The notes under the pieces were generated by a model that was given only the letters and a program-made list of their open reading frames with translations, did no database searches and was not told where the DNA came from. 64,000 nt of DNA, taken from contig JAJDWR010000006.1 in the NCBI GenBank assembly GCA_022825505.1, positions 10,476 to 74,475 of the forward strand, in the 5' to 3' direction. The DNA comes from Gammaproteobacteria bacterium. GTDB lineage: Bacteria > Pseudomonadota > Gammaproteobacteria > Steroidobacterales > Rariloculaceae. Below are positions 46,052 to 55,431 of this stretch, one piece after another (position 1 is the first letter of the stretch; each line of letters starts with the position of its first letter). Made by a program: the position numbers and the translations under genes.

Positions 46052-47632
46052 GTGAAATCTCTGTATCGCGCCGGGCTCGCGGCCGCAGTCCTAGTCCCGT
46101 TGACCGGCGACATTGCGCAGGCCCAGACACCTGATGCGGACGCGCCGTGGTTCGGCGTGCCGCTGCCGCCGGGGTTGGAGGCCCACGAGGCGCCGGTCGT
46201 TCTGGGCGAGAGACCGCCGGAGCCCGCTCGCGTACCTCCCGGCGAAGAACGGTTCGTGCACCTGGACGGCGAACTCATGGAGGCCGATGTTCAGGCCATT
46301 GTGGACTTCGCCATTGCAAGCCGGGCGGACAAGGAAATCGGCGACGGTCAGTTCTGGGGCCGCATCGGCGGCCTGCCGTCGGCGGCCGAGGCCACCGATT
46401 GGGTGGTTGGCCGAATCGAGGAAGCGGGCATCGAAGACATAGAGGTTCAGCAACTGGAGCAGGACGAAGGGACCGCGTTGTGGCTGCCGCTGCGGTGGGA
46501 AATGGCGCTTCTGGCCAGTCCCGACACGGGTCCCGAAAGCACTGACGTCGTTCTCGAGTCGGCGATGCCGCTCCCCTTCTCCGCTTTCCCGGATGACGCC
46601 ATTACCGCGCCATTGGTCTACGTCGGCACGGGTAGCGCGGCCGAATCGATGCATGCCGAGGTGGAGGACAGGATCGTCCTGCGCCGGGTTTCACCGCAGG
46701 CTCACAGTTTCTTCGAGAGTCAGGCTACTTTCGCGAGCGCGCGACACCTGTTCGATCGCGGCGCGGCCGCCGTCATCAACATGATGGATATTCCCGGCAA
46801 CGTTCGTTCCTACGACTACTTCGGTTGCGGCGACGCCTGCTTCAATCTCGGCGGGCAGGACAGCCGGTTTCTTCGCGAGGTCGTGAATGGCGCGGCAGAG
46901 GCCGGTACGGCCGACGGGCTGCGCATGCGGATCGCGCTGGAAGCCGAATCCCGGAGCGGGCTGACGGCACAGAACGCGCTGGCCGTGATCCCCGGAGCCA
47001 GCGATGAGGCGATTCTGATTGTCTCCCACGTGGATTCCTGGTTCGACGGCGCCAACGACAACGCCGACGGGCTGGCGGTCACGCTGGCGCTGATCCGCCA
47101 TTTCGCCGGCCTTGACCGGCAACTGGAGCGCACACTGATCTTCCTGATCAGTGTCGGGCACCACACCGCGGGATTGAACGGTCCCATCCATTTCGTTCGC
47201 ATGAATCCGGACATCGTCGACAGGACGGTGCTGGCGATCAACGTCGAACACGTGGCGGGACGCAACCTCGCCCCGGCACGCACCTTCCATCCCGACGGGC
47301 ACCGCGAGTTCGACGCCGACACAGGGGAAGCGCCGATCTCCGCGGGCATCACCAATGAATCGCCCTATCTGCAGGCGCTGATCGACGAAGGCGTGGCGCG
47401 CTACGGCACCAATTTCGTTTCCGGGAACTCAACGGCATCCAGCGGCGAGAGCCAGTGGCTCATCGACCTGGGATTCCCCGTCCTGACCATCATGCAGGCG
47501 TACCCGCTCTATCACACGTCCGGCGAGGTGGCGGAGATCATATCGACGCCCGGCATGGAGCGCATGGCACGCTTCCTGGCGTACTACATCACCGAGGCAA
47601 GCGGCGCATCCGGCGAGGCGCTGGCAAACTAG
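46052..47632 (+). CDS. M28-like peptidase/hydrolase with PA domain
   Basis: Signal peptide, APLVYVG, SHVDSW, GANDNADG, NVEH, YHT. Confidence 0.75.
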   Translation: MKSLYRAGLAAAVLVPLTGDIAQAQTPDADAPWFGVPLPPGLEAHEAPVVLGERPPEPARVPPGEERFVHLDGELMEADVQAIVDFAIASRADKEIGDGQFWGRIGGLPSAAEATDWVVGRIEEAGIEDIEVQQLEQDEGTALWLPLRWEMALLASPDTGPESTDVVLESAMPLPFSAFPDDAITAPLVYVGTGSAAESMHAEVEDRIVLRRVSPQAHSFFESQATFASARHLFDRGAAAVINMMDIPGNVRSYDYFGCGDACFNLGGQDSRFLREVVNGAAEAGTADGLRMRIALEAESRSGLTAQNALAVIPGASDEAILIVSHVDSWFDGANDNADGLAVTLALIRHFAGLDRQLERTLIFLISVGHHTAGLNGPIHFVRMNPDIVDRTVLAINVEHVAGRNLAPARTFHPDGHREFDADTGEAPISAGITNESPYLQALIDEGVARYGTNFVSGNSTASSGESQWLIDLGFPVLTIMQAYPLYHTSGEVAEIISTPGMERMARFLAYYITEASGASGEALAN

Positions 47633-47669
47633 CCTGCGGCAATTGTCGCGGGACTGTTGCCGCGAGCCG

Positions 47670-48182
47670 CTAGGGATACGCCAGGATGAAGTTGTCGCGG
47701 TTCGGCATGACGACCGCGGGCAGCGTCTGCGCGTCCATCGCCTCGTCCTCGGCGATGATCCCGTTCAGGTACAGCAGGTAGGCCGTCAACGCGTAAATCT
47801 CGTCATCGCTGAGCGTCCGGGGCGTCAGGTACGGCATGGAGCGGCGAATGTAGTCGAAGATCGTCGTCGCGTAGGGCCAGAAACTGCCGATGGTCTTCAC
47901 CGGGGCCGGGTTCGTCAGGGAGCCGTGGCCGCCCACCAGCACGTCGTTCAACTGGCCGTTTCCCTCCGGTCCGTGGCAGGTCAGGCACTGGATTGCATAG
48001 ACCGCCTCCCCCTCCAATGCCGTCCCGGCGCCGGGCGGCAGTCCGGCGCCGTCGGGCCCGATGTCAATGTCCCAGGCGGCGACCTCCTCCGGATCTGCGG
48101 GGACACCGAGATTCGGGCTCTCCTGGGCAAATGCCCCGCTACAGAGACCCGCGCACAGGATGATCGGCAGGCTACGCATCAT
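47670..48182 (-). CDS. Cytochrome c (SoxD/SorB-like partner)
   Basis: WDIDI.PDG.GLPPG.G, CLTCHG, WPYATTIFDYIRRSMP, MPNRD. Confidence 0.88.
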   Translation of the reverse strand: MMRSLPIILCAGLCSGAFAQESPNLGVPADPEEVAAWDIDIGPDGAGLPPGAGTALEGEAVYAIQCLTCHGPEGNGQLNDVLVGGHGSLTNPAPVKTIGSFWPYATTIFDYIRRSMPYLTPRTLSDDEIYALTAYLLYLNGIIAEDEAMDAQTLPAVVMPNRDNFILAYP

Positions 48183-48283
48183 CAGCGCCGACCGGCAAAC
48201 CGACGGACCAACAGGTGCCACCGAAGAACCGGAAGTCATGTCGGCCGCCGGCAAGCCAGATGTCAACGTCGCCCACCGGCCCG

Positions 48284-49573
48284 CTACACATGAATGTTGG
48301 CCACCTGTCCATTGGCGTCCACCCGCCAGGCCTGTATCCCGTTGTAGTGGTAGGCGAAATTCACGCCTTTTGCTGCGATGATCGCGTCCCGGGTCGGCTG
48401 CACGGCGCCGGTCTCGTCCACGGCCCGGCTCATGATCACGGCCGGCGCGCCGTTCCAGCGCCAGGCCATTCGGAACCGGGTGACCGCCTTGTCCAGAACC
48501 GGCGCGGACAGCGCCGCTTCCGCCCAGCTCGCGCCTCCATCCGCGGAGACCTCGACCCTCGCGACCCGTCCCAGACCCGACCACGCCATGCCGGAGATCT
48601 GGTAGAGCCCGGGACCCGCCAGTTCCAGCCCCGGCGACGGCGACGTGATCACCGACTTGACATCCATCGGGAAGGTGAACATCAGCGATCGGCCATCCGG
48701 CAACAGATCCGTGTACTTGGAGGTCTCCTCCCTCGTCATCATGGGCGCGGCGGTGACCTTGATGCGGCGCAGCCACTTCACGCTCATGTTGCCTTCGTAA
48801 CCCGGAAGGAACAGCCGCACCGGGTAGCCGTTTTCCGGCCGCAGGCGCTCGCCGTTCTGGTAGATCGCCAGCAGCGCATCGTCCATGGCCTTGGCCAGGG
48901 GCACGCTCCGGGTCATCGCGGCGGCATCGGCGCCCTCGGCGAGAATCCAGTGTGCGGAGGGATCAAGCCCCGCCTCATCGAGCAGGATGGACAGCGGCAC
49001 ACCGGTCCACTCGCTGCAGGAGACAAGACCGTGCAACTCGCCGCAGGTACCGCTGACCGGCTCCGGTGCGAGCCCGGTCAACCGGCTGTTGCCGGAACAC
49101 TCGATGAACTGAATGCGCGAGACCATCGGGTAACGGGACAGCATATCCATGTCGAAGAACAGCGCCCGATCCACCAGTCCGTGGATCAGCAGGCGATGCG
49201 CATCGGGATCGATGTCCGGGACGCCACTGTGGTGGCGCTCGAAGTGCAACCCGCTGGGCGTGATCATGCCCTCAAGCGCCTCAAGCGGCGTCCGGGACCC
49301 GCCGCTGCCATCGGTGCCGGGAGCCGACGTGGTCAGCCGCTGAATGTGGTCCTCGTAACGCGCACGGCTGCCGTGGCCCGTCATGGGCGCGCCCGGGATC
49401 CTCATCCATGGCGACAACTCCTGCGCTCGCGCCGCCGTCAGCAGCCCGAGGGAACCGGCACCGAGAGCCGCGGCGCCCCTGGTCAGAAACAGGCGCCGAT
49501 GCAGCAGGCCGTTACCCGCGACCTGTTCAGGATTGCGCGGATTCCGCCCTGACGCCGATTTCCTGTTGGCCAT
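48284..49573 (-). CDS. soxC: Sulfite dehydrogenase SoxC/SorA-type molybdoprotein
   Basis: RRLFL Tat motif, ITPSGLHFERHH, ECSGN, GERLRPENGYP, VKWLRR, YHYNGIQ. Confidence 0.88.
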   Translation of the reverse strand: MANRKSASGRNPRNPEQVAGNGLLHRRLFLTRGAAALGAGSLGLLTAARAQELSPWMRIPGAPMTGHGSRARYEDHIQRLTTSAPGTDGSGGSRTPLEALEGMITPSGLHFERHHSGVPDIDPDAHRLLIHGLVDRALFFDMDMLSRYPMVSRIQFIECSGNSRLTGLAPEPVSGTCGELHGLVSCSEWTGVPLSILLDEAGLDPSAHWILAEGADAAAMTRSVPLAKAMDDALLAIYQNGERLRPENGYPVRLFLPGYEGNMSVKWLRRIKVTAAPMMTREETSKYTDLLPDGRSLMFTFPMDVKSVITSPSPGLELAGPGLYQISGMAWSGLGRVARVEVSADGGASWAEAALSAPVLDKAVTRFRMAWRWNGAPAVIMSRAVDETGAVQPTRDAIIAAKGVNFAYHYNGIQAWRVDANGQVANIHV

Positions 49574-49711
49574 GAATGCCCCCTGCATTCGCCCTGCTCA
49601 AGCCCGGCGAGCCAATCCAGCCAGCGGCGAAGCCGGTCGGGACACGACCCGGCCGACCTGCCGACCCGCCGTCGCGCCCCCCGATGCGGCGGGACCTTTG
49701 CCGCGCGCCAG

Positions 49712-52192
49712 CTAGAACTGGTAGGTGAGCTGCGCTCCCACCTCCCTGGGAAGCCTGGGCCTGATCCGGAAATTCCGCCGTCCGGGCCCTGTCGGAGCGA
49801 TCGCGTTGTCGTTGGAGAAATCGATTCGCCGCGGCGTGGCATCGTCGGTGAGGTTGCTGCCATAAAGCCGAATGGTCAGGTCCCCGTTCCGGAACGCCAG
49901 CGACCCGTTGAACGTGGTCGTCGCCGGCAACGCCATGATGTTGGATGCATCCACGTACCAGTCGCCCTCATAGCGCATGTCGAGCCGGGCCATCCAGGTC
50001 CAGTCGCTGGTACCGATGGGGTCCGATCGAAACGTCGGCGACAGGACCAGTGTCTGCTCCGGCTGCTCGATCAGCCGATTGCCGCCCACCTCGACGCACG
50101 CCGTCGCGGCGCCGGTTGCAGCCGTATGCGTCGGCGGCAATTGCAGGTTCTGTACGGAAAGAGGATCACAGAACTGACTGTACTCCAGACTGGAAAGCGT
50201 CGCCGCGCCGCGCACGGTCCAGTTGTCCGTAGCCGCCCAGGTCGCCTCCACTTCGACACCGGACAGGTCCCCTACCCCGGTATTGATAAAGGTTCGAGCC
50301 ATCACGAACGGGCCGTTGAAGGTCGTTCCATTCGGATCGAACGAGCCGTCATTCCAGTCGCCATCCCAGCTCAGCGTAAAGGGGTTGATCATCTTGTCCC
50401 ATTCCATGACATAGACCGCGGCCGCCAGTTGCAGGCGGTTTTCCAGCGTGTTCGCCTTGACGCCGACCTCGAAATTGGTCAACGACTCCTCCTCGAATGT
50501 GAGGAACGTCCTCTCGTCGAATGCGACCGCCCCTGCCCTGGCGGCAGCGGCCAGCGAGTCGATCCGCAACTGCTCCACAAAGGGCAGGTTGACCCCGGCC
50601 GGATTGGTTCCACTGGAAATCTGGCCGTAGACCGAGACGTCCTCGGTGAGGTTGTGGTTCAGGCCGATACGCGGCTGGAAGCTGTCGGTCGTCAGGTTGA
50701 AGCTGGCCCCGGTGATGTTGTCGATGTTGGTCACGTCATCCCGCTGGAAGCGCCCCTCGAAGGACACCGTCGTCTGATCGGTGATGTCGTAGGTGACGTT
50801 TGCGTATATGCCCGTATTCGTCGATGTATCCGACAACACCAGGTTGGGAACGAACGGATTGCCCCGGTTGACTTCGTCTTCCAGCTCCAGCACCACGCCG
50901 GCGTACACCGACCATACATTCGTCAGGGACGAATAATCGTACACCGAGGCGCCCACAAGCCAGCGCAGCCGATCTTCGCCCGGCGACAGCCACCGCGCCT
51001 CCACGTAATTCTCCTCGATGACATTGGGATTGGCCATGGAGCTGACGCCCGCCACCATGAACATCCCCATGGGGAAGGAAACAACGGGATCGGCCCCTGA
51101 GGTATCCGAGTCATACCAGCGTCGAAGTTCGTCCTCGGAATAGAACGCCAGGAGTTCCACCGTGCTGCCGCCCTCCATGTTGAAGTTGAACTGGCTCTGG
51201 ATGCGATTTCGCTCGACGCGCGACGACGGATCCAGCACGCTGTAGATCTGCGCGGCATAGTACTCCGGCGTACCCTCCTCGAAGATCAGCTCGGGCCTGT
51301 GGTTCCTGGGATAACCGCCCGCGGGAACGGCCACCTCGCAGTTGTAGGTGCCCTCGAAGTAGCGATTTCCCATTCCAAGCGTGATGTTCGAACAGGCATC
51401 GCGTTCCGCCCGTGTGGGGAACCACTCGATGGGCGGCGTGTCGTCGATGTTCGAATGAATGAATCGCACGTAGCCGTCGAAGGCGTCATTGGGCGCAAAC
51501 GTCAGCTTGCCGGTCACGTAGGTGGTCTGCTGTCCACCCAGCTCGTAACCGTCGCTGGAAACCCACTCGTCCGCACCGCGGAACTCGTCGAAGTTCGCGT
51601 CCAGCGTGTACCCGAAGGTGTCGTTGATGGGGCCGCCGATCTCGAACTGGAGCTCGTTCCGTCCCAGGCTGCTGGTCGCGAGCCGCATGTCGCCGCTGAA
51701 TTCGTCGCCCGGCGTGCGCGATACGTAGTTGATGGCGCCGGCAAAGGTGGCGCGCCCGAAGGCGGAACTCTGCGGTCCGCGCATGACCTCGACCCGGTCG
51801 ACGCCGACGAACTGCAATCCGCCCTGCTGCCCCAGCAGCGGCATGCCGTCGAGGAAGGAAGTCACCTTCTGGCGTACCGGATTCTGCGCCGCAGTCTGTA
51901 CACCGCGTACCGACGGACGGCTGCCCTGGCGATCCTGGGCCTGTTCCCAGTTGATGCCCGGCGTCATCTCGAACAGGTCGTAGGCGTCGCGGATACCCGA
52001 CTCGACGAGCAGGTCCGAGTTGATGACCGAAATCGACACGGGAACCTCCTGCAGGCTCTCCTCACGCTTTCGGGCCGTGACGACGATTTCCTCCAGCAGG
52101 TCCTGGGCAATCACGGGTGGCGCGGCCAGCGCGACACCCACCAGGGAGGCCAATAAATGTCCGCGTGTACGATTTCTGGATTGTTTGTTCAC
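49712..52192 (-). CDS. TonB-dependent receptor
   Basis: LEEIVVTARKREESLQEVP, RVEVMRGPQ...GAINY, C-terminal PREVGAQLTYQF. Confidence 0.95.
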   Translation of the reverse strand: MNKQSRNRTRGHLLASLVGVALAAPPVIAQDLLEEIVVTARKREESLQEVPVSISVINSDLLVESGIRDAYDLFEMTPGINWEQAQDRQGSRPSVRGVQTAAQNPVRQKVTSFLDGMPLLGQQGGLQFVGVDRVEVMRGPQSSAFGRATFAGAINYVSRTPGDEFSGDMRLATSSLGRNELQFEIGGPINDTFGYTLDANFDEFRGADEWVSSDGYELGGQQTTYVTGKLTFAPNDAFDGYVRFIHSNIDDTPPIEWFPTRAERDACSNITLGMGNRYFEGTYNCEVAVPAGGYPRNHRPELIFEEGTPEYYAAQIYSVLDPSSRVERNRIQSQFNFNMEGGSTVELLAFYSEDELRRWYDSDTSGADPVVSFPMGMFMVAGVSSMANPNVIEENYVEARWLSPGEDRLRWLVGASVYDYSSLTNVWSVYAGVVLELEDEVNRGNPFVPNLVLSDTSTNTGIYANVTYDITDQTTVSFEGRFQRDDVTNIDNITGASFNLTTDSFQPRIGLNHNLTEDVSVYGQISSGTNPAGVNLPFVEQLRIDSLAAAARAGAVAFDERTFLTFEEESLTNFEVGVKANTLENRLQLAAAVYVMEWDKMINPFTLSWDGDWNDGSFDPNGTTFNGPFVMARTFINTGVGDLSGVEVEATWAATDNWTVRGAATLSSLEYSQFCDPLSVQNLQLPPTHTAATGAATACVEVGGNRLIEQPEQTLVLSPTFRSDPIGTSDWTWMARLDMRYEGDWYVDASNIMALPATTTFNGSLAFRNGDLTIRLYGSNLTDDATPRRIDFSNDNAIAPTGPGRRNFRIRPRLPREVGAQLTYQF

Positions 52193-52327
52193 GACTTCTC
52201 CGTTGTCACAACTTTCGTTGCACAGTTTAGTGTTGCAAGGGCACGCGCACTCGGGCATCGCTCAAGACTGACCGGATCGCCCTGGAAATCGCATGACCCT
52301 TGCATGCTCCCCAAGTGAGGCGCGCAT

Positions 52328-52356
52328 AGTGTACGACGCACGCCACCGGGATTGAA
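52328..52356 (-). promoter_or_regulatory. Putative sigma70 promoter for the TonB receptor
   Basis: Minus strand TTCAAT-17 nt-TACACT. Confidence 0.45.
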
Positions 52357-52430
52357 GCAGAAATTCACCGATTGAGACAAAATTGTTGTACATTCGCCAT
52401 GCGCCGCCGGACCCAAGAGGAACGAGACAT

Positions 52431-53270
52431 ATGCCAGTGCTGTTCAACTTCGATGACGTGGATGCCATTCCCGTGACGCAGGGCGTGACCCGACGCGCGC
52501 TGATCACACCCGAGCGCGTGGGAAGCGACTGCATCGCGCTGGACCGCTGGGCCATGAATGCGGGCTCAAGCCTGGAGGTGAAGGTCAGTGAGGCCGATCT
52601 GGCGTGGTTTCAATTGCTGGAAGGAGCTGCCGTTCTCGACGGCAGCGAAGGCCGGCATCGACTGGATACCTCGCATGTCGTCTTTCTTCCACCCGGCTTT
52701 TCCGGAGATCTGACCAGCGAGCCGGGAGCGGCGGTTCTGTATGGGCGCGTGCCCGACGTGAACCGCTTCGACCCGGCATTCGAGGCATCGCGCCCCGGAT
52801 TCCGGTGCGTCGACTGGCGGGCCGAACCCATGCTCGACTCCGAGCATGACGCGCGAAAACGCATCTACCTCGTCACGCCTACCCTGTTCGGCACCCGGGC
52901 TGTCAAGGGCGAAATGATCATCTATCCGCCCGGCACGCAGGCATCCAACCACCACCACGAGGGCGCGGAGCACTTTCAGTACATCATCAGCGGCAGGGGC
53001 ACGGCCCTTCTGAGCGAGGAACCCCACCCGATTCGAGCCGGCGACACGTTGTACAACTATGAATTCGAAAGGCACAACTTCGTCAACGACGGCGACGAGG
53101 ATCTCGTGTTTGTCGAGTACTTCGTCCCTGCCGAGTGCCGCACGGTCTGGGTCAACCCGGAGTTGGTCTGCGCGTGGCTGCCGACCGGCAAGAATATCGA
53201 TGGCGGCGCACCTTCCAGGGAGATAACCGCGCACAGTTCCGCCGAGACGGTCAACCCCACCGGCGTATAG
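52431..53270 (+). CDS. Bicupin protein
   Basis: Two cupin repeats; the second has HHHEGAEH...G.G and ERHNF. Confidence 0.8.
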   Translation: MPVLFNFDDVDAIPVTQGVTRRALITPERVGSDCIALDRWAMNAGSSLEVKVSEADLAWFQLLEGAAVLDGSEGRHRLDTSHVVFLPPGFSGDLTSEPGAAVLYGRVPDVNRFDPAFEASRPGFRCVDWRAEPMLDSEHDARKRIYLVTPTLFGTRAVKGEMIIYPPGTQASNHHHEGAEHFQYIISGRGTALLSEEPHPIRAGDTLYNYEFERHNFVNDGDEDLVFVEYFVPAECRTVWVNPELVCAWLPTGKNIDGGAPSREITAHSSAETVNPTGV

Positions 53271-53365
53271 CCGCCATCGGCAAGCGTCCAGGCCTTATAC
53301 TTACGTCCGCCTCCGGAGTACCCTGCCGGGGCAATCCACAAGGCGACCGGGAGCGGGACTTTCAA

Positions 53366-54715
53366 ATGAGCGACATTTACGCCAGCAACGCGCGCATGAT
53401 GGGATTCTCGCTGCCCGCCCTGGGGCTGAACTCCCTGTTGGTATCGGTCTTCGTATTCCTGCCGGCCCTGTACGCCGAACAGCAGGGACTCGGCGCCGCC
53501 ACGGTCGGGCTGGTCTTCCTGCTGGCCAAGGTGGTGGACATGTTCGTGGCGCCGACCTGCGGCGTATTGATGGACAGCTACACCACGCGCTGGGGACGGC
53601 GGCGGCCATGGCTTGCCGCGTCGGTACCCATTCTCGTGCTGGCCGTGCTGCTGGTCTACAACCCGCCCGAGACGGCTTCGGTACTGTACCTGTTCTTCTC
53701 GCTTTCGCTGCTTTACGTCGGATTCAATGCCTGGTCGATCAGCCACACGTCGTGGGCGCTGGAGTTGTCCCGCGACTACGACCGGCGCTCCCGAATCACC
53801 GGACTGTTGCAGGTCATGGTCATGATCGGCGGAATCATGATGAGCCTGGTGCCGGCAGTACTGGAACAGTTCGGGGAATCGACCTACCCGGAGCTGGTCT
53901 GGTCGGTCGGGGTGTTCCTGATCATCCTGCTGCCGCTCACCGCGGCCGTCAGCCTGTTCAGCCTGCCGGAGCGCGAAACACCCAATCGCCCCCATCTGGG
54001 CCTCAGGCGCGGCGCGGCCATCGTGTTCAGGAACATGGCCCTGCTCCGCCTGCTCATCGTCAACGCGCTGCTGACCTTCTCCACGTACTTCGTTCAGGGG
54101 CTGTTCGTATTTTTCGTCTCCTACACGCTCGGCCTGGAAGACCGTATCGGCTTCATTCTGGCGTTCCTGATCGTCGGGGGCCTTCTCGGCCTGCCCGTTT
54201 GGCTCCACCTCGCCCAGGCATGGAACAAGCACCGCGCCATGCAGATCGCGTTCACGACAGGCGCCGTGGCGCCCCTGGTGCTTCTGGCACTGCCTCCCGG
54301 CATGCTCTTCTGGACGGTTGCAGCCTTCCTGGTCGTCGGATTGAACACATCGGCCAACGAGTTCCTTCCCCGCACCATGATGGCCGACGTCTGCGACCAG
54401 GATCACGTCGAAAGCGGCTCCGAGCGCATGGGGCTCTACTATTCGCTGCTGCAGCTGTCGAGCAAGCTGGCCTCCGGCACCGGCATCTTCATCGGATTCT
54501 CTTTCCTCGCCGCGTTCGGATTCGACCCCGAACTTGGCATGAACAACACGGAGGAAGCATTGCAGCGCCTTCGTTACCTGATCGTGGCGCTGCCTGTACT
54601 GGCCTATTCCATCGTCGTCGCACTCCTGTGGAGCTATCCCATCAGCCGGGAAAAACAGCAGCAGATGCGCGAAATCATCGAGAAACGGGAAGCGCTCGCA
54701 GCCGACCGATCGTAA
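53366..54715 (+). CDS. MFS transporter (GPH/MelB-like)
   Basis: D...T RWGRRRPW, ELSRDYDRRSRI, MMADVCD, YPISRE. Confidence 0.9.
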   Translation: MSDIYASNARMMGFSLPALGLNSLLVSVFVFLPALYAEQQGLGAATVGLVFLLAKVVDMFVAPTCGVLMDSYTTRWGRRRPWLAASVPILVLAVLLVYNPPETASVLYLFFSLSLLYVGFNAWSISHTSWALELSRDYDRRSRITGLLQVMVMIGGIMMSLVPAVLEQFGESTYPELVWSVGVFLIILLPLTAAVSLFSLPERETPNRPHLGLRRGAAIVFRNMALLRLLIVNALLTFSTYFVQGLFVFFVSYTLGLEDRIGFILAFLIVGGLLGLPVWLHLAQAWNKHRAMQIAFTTGAVAPLVLLALPPGMLFWTVAAFLVVGLNTSANEFLPRTMMADVCDQDHVESGSERMGLYYSLLQLSSKLASGTGIFIGFSFLAAFGFDPELGMNNTEEALQRLRYLIVALPVLAYSIVVALLWSYPISREKQQQMREIIEKREALAADRS

Positions 54716-54727
54716 GCGAGGGCGCGA

Positions 54728-54967
54728 ATGGAGTCTGTGACGCAACGAAAACCGATGCGGACCGTGCTGAAGATACTCTGTCACGCCGCCGCGATAGCGG
54801 CGATCTATCTCTGGTTTTCGTTTTCCCTGTTTCTCGGCCTGCAGGTCCGGCCGCTTTACGGCAACCTCGGCATGCTGGTCACGTTGTTGCTCGTGGCCGC
54901 CTACGTGTATTTCGGCTTTGTACGAAAGCGCAGGGATGCGCGATTCGGCGACGATCAGGGCGAATAA
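54728..54967 (+). CDS. Small membrane protein (2 TM)
   Basis: Two hydrophobic helices, SD-like gaggg upstream. Confidence 0.6.
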   Translation: MESVTQRKPMRTVLKILCHAAAIAAIYLWFSFSLFLGLQVRPLYGNLGMLVTLLLVAAYVYFGFVRKRRDARFGDDQGE

Positions 54968-55413
54968 GGCTCCGCCGCCGACTCGATGATGGCGTTGAGC
55001 GTGGGAATCTCTTCCAACGGTGGTGCATTGTCCGCGAACGTCCGGATATAGGCGTACAGATCCTTCGCCTCGTTGTCGCTGAGGGCGTTTTCCGGATAGT
55101 TGGGCATTGTCTCGGACGGCAGGATCGGATTCTGCTCGGCGCGCAGCCGCAGGTAGATGATGAAGGTCTGCTCGTTCAGCAGGAAGCCGCTGCCGACGAG
55201 CTTCATCTGGTGACCGGTTTCGCCGGTATAGCCGTGACAGCCATAACAGGCGTGATCGTAGTAAAGCTGTTTGCCCGTTTCGGCATCGCCGGTGATCTCG
55301 CCCATGGGCATCTGCGCGCCGGCCGTGGCCGCGAGGCCAACGAGAATGGCGCCCGCCAGCGGAATTGCGCCCGCCAGGGGAATTGCGCGGGGTCCGCTCA
55401 GGATACTCTTCAT
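54955..55413 (-). CDS. Monoheme cytochrome c
   Basis: Signal peptide, GDAETGKQLY...CYGCHG, MPNY, DLYAYI. Confidence 0.88.
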   Translation of the reverse strand: MKSILSGPRAIPLAGAIPLAGAILVGLAATAGAQMPMGEITGDAETGKQLYYDHACYGCHGYTGETGHQMKLVGSGFLLNEQTFIIYLRLRAEQNPILPSETMPNYPENALSDNEAKDLYAYIRTFADNAPPLEEIPTLNAIIESAAEPYSP

Positions 55414-55431
55414 CGCCGTTCTCCGCCGCCG

